This document shows, piece by piece, positions 26,896 to 32,000 of a DNA stretch of 32,000 bases. The notes under the pieces were generated by a model, which made no database searches, was not told the DNA's origin, and saw only the letters and a program-made list of their open reading frames with translations. The DNA is from Xylella taiwanensis. Its GTDB lineage: Bacteria; Pseudomonadota; Gammaproteobacteria; Xanthomonadales; Xanthomonadaceae. The position numbers were made by a program, and so were the translations under genes. The stretch is taken from the NCBI RefSeq assembly GCF_013177435.1, contig NZ_CP053627.1, positions 1,350,001 to 1,382,000 on the forward strand. The letters run 5' to 3'. The number at the start of each line of letters is the position of its first letter. The first letter of the stretch is position 1.

Positions 26896-28636
26896 GCGGT
26901 GCTTCCTTCTGGACATGGGCGGGGTTGCTTTCCAGCATGATGCTGTTGGCGGTGTTGGGTGGTACAAGAGGCCAGACGTTGGCGCGTGCATCGATCAATA
27001 CGTGCAGCAACGCTGGACCTTGCTGGGCCAGCAAGTCAGTTAAGCCATCTTCGACATCGGCACGGATGGTGATGCGTTTTGCAGGAATCCCAAATACCTG
27101 CGCCAACGCGGTGAAATCGGGATTATCAGACAGATCAATTTCACTGTAACGCTCCGCGAAGAACAGCTCCTGCCATTGCCGAACCATGCCAAGCGAGCTG
27201 TTATCGAGCAGTACGATTTTCAGCGGTAGCTTGCAGCGTGCGATGGTGACCAGTTCTTGCACATTCATCATGAAGCTGCCATCGCCAGAAACCAGTACTA
27301 CCATGCGCTCTGGATAGGCAAACTGTGCACCCATGGCTGCAGGTAAACCGAAACCCATTGTGCCTAGTGCGCCGCTGGTCAGGTGATTGCGCGGATCCTC
27401 GAATGCGCAGTGTTGCGCCACCCACATTTGATGTTGGCCGACGTCGCAAGCAACGATGGTATTAGCTGGCGCTAGTTCGCTCAGGCGTTTAAGCAGGGCT
27501 GGTGCGTAGATATCATTGCCTGGGGCATCGTAACGTACGCCAAAACGTTCACGGTTGCCTATGCAGTGCTTGTGCCATTCGGCTTGTGGTGTGCCCGCCC
27601 GTGGGTGGTGACCCGCCGCAGTGGATGGCAAGGCGGTGCTCAGTGCAGTGAGTGCTGTGACCAAGTGACCTGGCACGGCGATGTCTGCGTCCCGTAATTT
27701 ATTGATTTCGTAGGGGTCTGCATCAAGGTGGATAACCCGAGCAAACGGCGCGAATTCGTTCAACTTTCCGGTTGCACGGTCGTCGAAACGGGCACCAACG
27801 ACGAGCAGCAGGTCACATTCCTGGATTGCCATGTTGGCCGCGCGGGTGCCATGCATGCCCAGCATGCCTAGGTAATGGGCATGCGTGTGTGGCAGCGCAC
27901 CTAAACCGCGTAGCGTCAACGTGGTCGGGATACCAGTAGTATCGACGAAGGTACGGAAGACGTTTACTGCATCGGCCAGAGCGATACCGCCGCCGCCATA
28001 GATCACTGGTTTCTCGGCTGCAGCGATTGCCGCTGCGGCTTTGATGATGATTTCCATTTCCGGTGGTGGCGGTGGGACCACGGGGGCCGGTACGTGGTCC
28101 TGCAGGTGCGAAGCATCAGCCATTTGCACGTCTTTAGGTAGGTCGATCAATACCGGACCCGGCCGGCCCTCCCGTGCGATGCGGAATGCGTCCCGCACCA
28201 TGCCCGGAAGATCCTGTACCGAACGTGCCAGGAAGCTATGCTTGACAATCGGCATGGTCAGGCCAAACACGTCCAATTCCTGAAATGCATCGGTGCCCAG
28301 TAACGAGGTCACGACTTGGCCCGTCAAACACACCATGGGGACTGAATCCAGCATCGCGTCGGCAATGCCGGTGATCAGATTGGATGCACCTGGCCCGGAT
28401 GTTGCTACACATACACCGACACGTCCGCTAGCGCGTGCATAGCCGTTGGCAGCCAAGGCTGCACCCTGCTCGTGGCGGACCAGGATGTGTGTGAGGCGAG
28501 AATCAACGAGTGCGTCATAAAACGGCATGATCGTGCCACCCGGATAGCCGAAGATCGTATCAACTCCTTCTGCTTCCAGAGCCTGCGTCAACCAGCGCGC
28601 ACCATTGCGGGGTACGCCGTGTGCGGTTCTGTTCAT
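26879..28636 (-). CDS. ilvG: Acetolactate synthase large (catalytic) subunit, ThDP-dependent
   Basis: 585 aa. The N-terminal Pyr domain reads GVDTIFGYPGGTIMPFYDAL...HEQGAALAANGYARASG. The ThDP/Mg motif is GDGSFMMNVQELVT...LDNSSLGMVRQWQ. Confidence 0.93.
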   Translation of the reverse strand: MNRTAHGVPRNGARWLTQALEAEGVDTIFGYPGGTIMPFYDALVDSRLTHILVRHEQGAALAANGYARASGRVGVCVATSGPGASNLITGIADAMLDSVPMVCLTGQVVTSLLGTDAFQELDVFGLTMPIVKHSFLARSVQDLPGMVRDAFRIAREGRPGPVLIDLPKDVQMADASHLQDHVPAPVVPPPPPEMEIIIKAAAAIAAAEKPVIYGGGGIALADAVNVFRTFVDTTGIPTTLTLRGLGALPHTHAHYLGMLGMHGTRAANMAIQECDLLLVVGARFDDRATGKLNEFAPFARVIHLDADPYEINKLRDADIAVPGHLVTALTALSTALPSTAAGHHPRAGTPQAEWHKHCIGNRERFGVRYDAPGNDIYAPALLKRLSELAPANTIVACDVGQHQMWVAQHCAFEDPRNHLTSGALGTMGFGLPAAMGAQFAYPERMVVLVSGDGSFMMNVQELVTIARCKLPLKIVLLDNSSLGMVRQWQELFFAERYSEIDLSDNPDFTALAQVFGIPAKRITIRADVEDGLTDLLAQQGPALLHVLIDARANVWPLVPPNTANSIMLESNPAHVQKEAPHAIPA

Positions 28637-28681
28637 GTGGTAGCGACCTTATGTGTTGCAGTGAGAGGAGGACGGAAGGCA

Positions 28682-29689
28682 TTAAGCCACCTTCGAGCTC
28701 AGAGAAGTGGCATTATCAGTTGTCTCTTCGCTATTCAACCAGACCATCTTGGCACGCAGCTTCTTACCAACTTTCTCAATTGGGTGTTCCAGGTCAGCTT
28801 GCTTATACTTTTTGTAGTTCGGAAGGCCAGCCTCGTATTCGGCAATCCAATGTTTGGTAAAGGTGCCGTCTTGAATGTCCTTCAACACAGCTTTCATACG
28901 TTCCTTGGTGCTGGCGTCGATCACGCGTGGGCCACTAACATAATCACCATACTGTGCGGTCTCAGAGACAAACTCCAGCATGCGGGTAATGCCGCCTTCG
29001 TAGAACAGATCCACGATCAACTTCAATTCGTGCAGCACTTCGTAATAGGCGATCTCCGGCTGGTAACCGGCTTCAACCAGAGTTTCAAAGCCAGCCTGCA
29101 CCAGCGAGGAAGCACCACCGCACAACACTGCTTGTTCACCGAATAAGTCGGTCTCAGTTTCTTCCTTGAAAGTGGTTTTGATGATGTTGGCACGAGCACC
29201 ACCAAGGCCACCAGCGTAGGTCAACGCTAGCTGCTCAGCATGGCTGCTGGGATCTTGATGCACCGCATAGATACATGGCACCCCACGCCCAATTTCGTAC
29301 TCACGGCGTACCAGCGCGCCGGGACCCTTGGGTGCAACCAGCACCACGTCCAGATCGGTCCGTGGGGTGATCATGCCGTAGTGCACGTTGAGACCATGCG
29401 CGAATAGCAGGCAGGTGCCCGGCTTCAGGTTCGGCTCCAAAACTTCTTCGTAGAGTTTCTTTTGGACCATGTCTGGGGTCAGCATTGAAACCAAGTCGGC
29501 ATGCTTCGCCGCTTCGGCCGGAGACTGCACGGTGAAACCGTCGCTCTGAGCTTTAGCCTCGGTTGGACCTCCAGTACGCAGACCGACGATAACGTCGAAA
29601 CCGGAGTCACGCAGGTTCAGAGCATGTGCGCGGCCCTGACTTCCATAACCGATGACTGCGATTCTCAGAGTGGAAGTTGTGTTTCTCAT
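28682..29689 (-). CDS. ilvC: Ketol-acid reductoisomerase (class I, short form)
   Basis: 335 aa. The NADPH site is [21 protein letters not shown]. Also present are [21 protein letters not shown] and the knotted C-terminal domain [11 protein letters not shown]. Confidence 0.95.
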   Translation of the reverse strand: MRNTTSTLRIAVIGYGSQGRAHALNLRDSGFDVIVGLRTGGPTEAKAQSDGFTVQSPAEAAKHADLVSMLTPDMVQKKLYEEVLEPNLKPGTCLLFAHGLNVHYGMITPRTDLDVVLVAPKGPGALVRREYEIGRGVPCIYAVHQDPSSHAEQLALTYAGGLGGARANIIKTTFKEETETDLFGEQAVLCGGASSLVQAGFETLVEAGYQPEIAYYEVLHELKLIVDLFYEGGITRMLEFVSETAQYGDYVSGPRVIDASTKERMKAVLKDIQDGTFTKHWIAEYEAGLPNYKKYKQADLEHPIEKVGKKLRAKMVWLNSEETTDNATSLSSKVA

Positions 29690-29878
29690 GAATGGGATCC
29701 TTGTAATGATCTTGGGTGGTTAGCCAACAGTGCATACGTTGGCTGTTTAGAAGGTTTATGAACGAGGTACGCAACGCATATAACCTGCAGCTTCCATGAG
29801 GCTTTTGCAGGTACGACAGACGATGCTTTAATCCGATCTGATGCTTTGGTTCATGTCATATCGAAATTTTCAGGCCCC

Positions 29879-29917
29879 ATACAAAGACAAAACCCCGCAA
29901 TGTTGCCAATGCGGGGT
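29879..29917 (-). terminator. Intrinsic terminator upstream of ilvC (candidate attenuator 3:4 hairpin)
   Basis: The minus strand reads ACCCCGCA (c29917-29910), loop TTGGCAACAT, TGCGGGGT (c29899-29892), then TTTGTCTTTGTAT. It lies about 190 nt upstream of the ilvC ATG on the same strand. Confidence 0.7.
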
Positions 29918-29943
29918 CTTATCGAAGCCTGGGTGTATGTTGT

Positions 29944-30060
29944 TTACACGCTGGCTTGTCCCGCACTGCTTGAGCAGGTAATAAGCACGGGTACAAGAAG
30001 AAAGTCTACCGCAAGAGCAGAATGAACAAGAAAGCTGGAAGAACGCAGGAAGGAAATCAT
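29944..30060 (-). CDS. Candidate ilv leader peptide (38 codons)
   Basis: c30060-29944 encodes MISFLRSSSFLVHSALAVDFLLVPVLITCSSSAGQASV. The LLVPVLI codon cluster coincides with RNA segment CTTGTACCCG, which can pair with CGGGACAAG downstream. There is no Shine-Dalgarno sequence, and the ATG sits where the predicted promoter would start transcription. Confidence 0.35.
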   Translation of the reverse strand: MISFLRSSSFLVHSALAVDFLLVPVLITCSSSAGQASV

Positions 30061-30067
30061 GGAAGGC

Positions 30068-30096
30068 AGATAAACATTGTACGGCAGTCCTGTCAA
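30068..30096 (-). promoter_or_regulatory. Candidate sigma70 promoter for the ilv leader/operon
   Basis: On the minus strand, TTGACA (c30096-30091) is followed by a 17-nt spacer and TG-n-TTATCT (c30076-30068), an extended -10. A TACAAT (c30081-30076) also lies inside the spacer. The predicted start falls at about c30061-30059, on the leader ATG. Confidence 0.35.
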
Positions 30097-30841
30097 CCCT
30101 TAACTTCAATTGAAAAGATTGTGTTTACAGTGACTGAGAGTCGTTGCAATTGCCGTTTGTGCGGGATGCAGACATACTTTTTTGTTTCCTAATATAGGGT
30201 TACGCTTTGGCTCGGCTATAGCCGACCAGATAATCAAGTGTTTAGATATGTAACATGATGGGTTCTCGGCTCAAAGACCCCATACTCATATCCAGTGTTG
30301 GCATTGGCATCCACCCGCGTGATGGCCAACGTACCGAAGGTGTCCAATACGTGCTCATATCAGCGAAAGGTACGTTTAAGAAACGGTATGAGCAAATCTT
30401 ATTGACTCTTCATTATTCTATGGACCTGAGTTGACGCCCAAGCTCTTATGGAACTGGAAACATCCAAATGGCCGGTGGTGGCAGGTGCCCTGGGTTAGGC
30501 TGGTATCACGAGTCTCTTTACAGACATCTCGACCACCCTGGTTTCGACGAACATCGGCATCTTTAGGGATACCGATGCTGGATGGCCGGTTGGTAAAGAC
30601 AGAAAAGATGAGATGACGGGGTGACCTGCTTAAGAACCGCTATCTAGCCTAGCTGATCATCCAGGCCAGATGCCAGAAAATGAATCACTGCTGCTGATGG
30701 AGGGGCTGGGAATGCGCCATCGTTACACTCAACATTATCTGCAAATCCAATAAGCTGCCTTGCAGAAAACGTTGTGGCGTTGGTCGGTTTACCCAGCACC
30801 ACTGGCAAAGCTCTGTGTATAGAAAGCAGAGCCAACGCTGT

Positions 30842-32000
30842 TCAATTGGCCCAATGTCCCGGTGCAGTGGACTGTAAAAGCACCTGTGCCGATAGTAACT
30901 GGTCATTCTCTAGCAGGTTGATCGTATCGGCCAGGATCGCAGCGGATTCATGCAATAACGGGTCGGGGCGCTTGTCGGCTAGCTTTTCACGTGCGGTGTC
31001 CTTGGCGATATCACGCTCGTTACCAATAAGTCCATCGTCATTATCCTCAGACAAAGGATCGAGCTGTAAACCAAGCTTTTTCCGAATAGTCTGGCGCTCT
31101 CTGTTCTGACTTTCTTGCTTTTTACGTTCTGCAAGGCGTTCGGCTTCGTTAAGTATGACGTACTTCTTTTCCTTTTCCAGACGGAAATTACGCACATCCT
31201 CTTTCCACCATTTAAATTCAATGTCATTGTCAGTACGGTTGAGATGCATTTTTTTCAGCTTTGTTAGTAGCGGAATGAAATTACCGTATTGGGTATGTTG
31301 GAGCGATGCAATCCTAGTCCAGGGTAAGGCATTATCATAAGTGCTCTCACCAAACTCAGTCGCACCTACGCTTGCTGGGAAAGCGATGTCTGGTACCACT
31401 CCTTTGTGCTGCGTGCTGGATCCGCTGATACGGAAGAATTGCGCGATGGTCAGTTTGACCTGGCCGAATCGCCGACTTTCGTTGGCCGGCCAGCGATCTA
31501 AGTCGACAATGTTCTGGACGGTACCTTTACCGAAGCTGGTCTCTCCAATCACCAAACCACGCCCATAGTCTTGGATGGCTCCGGCAAAGATCTCCGATGC
31601 CGAAGCGGATCCACGGTTAATCAATACTGCCAGTGGGCCGTCCCAGGTCACTTTGTCGTCGCGATCGCCGTTGACAGTCACACGGCCCCCGGCTTCGCGT
31701 ACCTGCACCACAGGACCCTGTTCGATGAATAGACCAGTTAGCTCGATAGCCTCATCCAGCGAGCCCCCGCCGTTGTTACGCAGATCGAGTACCACACCAT
31801 CGACTTTGTCAGCCTTGAAGTTGGTCAAGAGCTTAGCTACATCTCGTGTTGCAGACGTATAGTTGGTGACGTTACGGCGGCGTCCTTCGAAGTCTTGGTA
31901 GAACGTTGGCAGCTTGATGATGCCGATGCGACGCTGTGGCTCGCCGTTGCTGGCTCCTATGGTAATGGTTTCACTCTTCGCTGCTTGTTCAGCTAAGCGG
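30842..32000 (-). CDS. prc: Tail-specific (C-terminal processing) protease, S41 family; 5' end beyond the window
   Basis: The frame is open from the window edge (no stop in c32000-31829) to TGA at c30844-30842. Conserved blocks are VVLDLRNNGGGSLDEA, the catalytic Ser in NRGSASASEIFAGAIQDYGR and Lys in GETSFGKGTVQ. A long charged C-terminal extension resembles that of E. coli Prc. Confidence 0.9.
   Translation of the reverse strand, partial: RLAEQAAKSETITIGASNGEPQRRIGIIKLPTFYQDFEGRRRNVTNYTSATRDVAKLLTNFKADKVDGVVLDLRNNGGGSLDEAIELTGLFIEQGPVVQVREAGGRVTVNGDRDDKVTWDGPLAVLINRGSASASEIFAGAIQDYGRGLVIGETSFGKGTVQNIVDLDRWPANESRRFGQVKLTIAQFFRISGSSTQHKGVVPDIAFPASVGATEFGESTYDNALPWTRIASLQHTQYGNFIPLLTKLKKMHLNRTDNDIEFKWWKEDVRNFRLEKEKKYVILNEAERLAERKKQESQNRERQTIRKKLGLQLDPLSEDNDDGLIGNERDIAKDTAREKLADKRPDPLLHESAAILADTINLLENDQLLSAQVLLQSTAPGHWAN

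Noticed and set aside
30644-30835. A 63-codon ORF directly downstream of prc (TTG start, ...LPVVLGKPTNATTFSARQLIGFADNVECNDG...).
   Set aside because: It has a non-ATG start without an RBS, no recognisable family and an abrupt end. It is possibly a gene fragment and is not supportable as a CDS.

Overview
The window looks like a Xanthomonadaceae chromosome segment, most like Xylella. This taxon call is an inference from gene content, the Ax21-type outer membrane protein, the GH6 cbhA gene and mid-range GC judged by eye.

Conserved backbone blocks:
- secB(3' end)-gpsA
- tRNA-Ser(GGA), dnaX-ybaB-recR and a HIT-family gene
- a minus-strand envelope operon: MoxR ATPase, DUF58, TgpA-like transglutaminase, Slp lipoprotein
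- a divergent family-39 glycosyltransferase
- yceD-rpmF-fabH
- a minus-strand branched-chain amino acid operon, ilvC-ilvG-ilvM-tdcB-leuA
- the 3' two-thirds of prc

Three accessory or decayed regions interrupt this backbone:
1. About 3.7 kb (2040-5726) abuts the 3' end of tRNA-Ser and has no intact gene. It holds a multiply frameshifted D12-class adenine methyltransferase, a broken HARE-HTH domain and a possible HNH relic.
2. Directly after fabH (18.1-20.5 kb) lies a heavily eroded Tn3-family transposase. Diverging from it is a deletion-fused, nonsense-riddled DinJ/RelB-YafQ/RelE toxin-antitoxin relic.
3. A visibly AT-rich block (20.6-23.8 kb) carries a secreted GH6 cellobiohydrolase with a poly-Ser linker and a CBM2. 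The linker is encoded by a 15-bp periodic array. Upstream sits a 177-bp tandem repeat with 2.1 perfect units plus one diverged unit.

I see no intact, clearly novel multi-gene system. The observations most worth follow-up are:
- the 177-bp repeat array in the cbhA control region
- a candidate leader-peptide attenuator upstream of ilvC, possibly on a leaderless transcript
- the functionally unexplained MoxR-DUF58-TgpA-Slp / GT39 envelope cluster, with its coupled and overlapping genes
- the Tn3 plus TA relic that marks a synteny break after fabH

All homology statements rest on motif recognition by eye and recalled family consensus. No database search was run.
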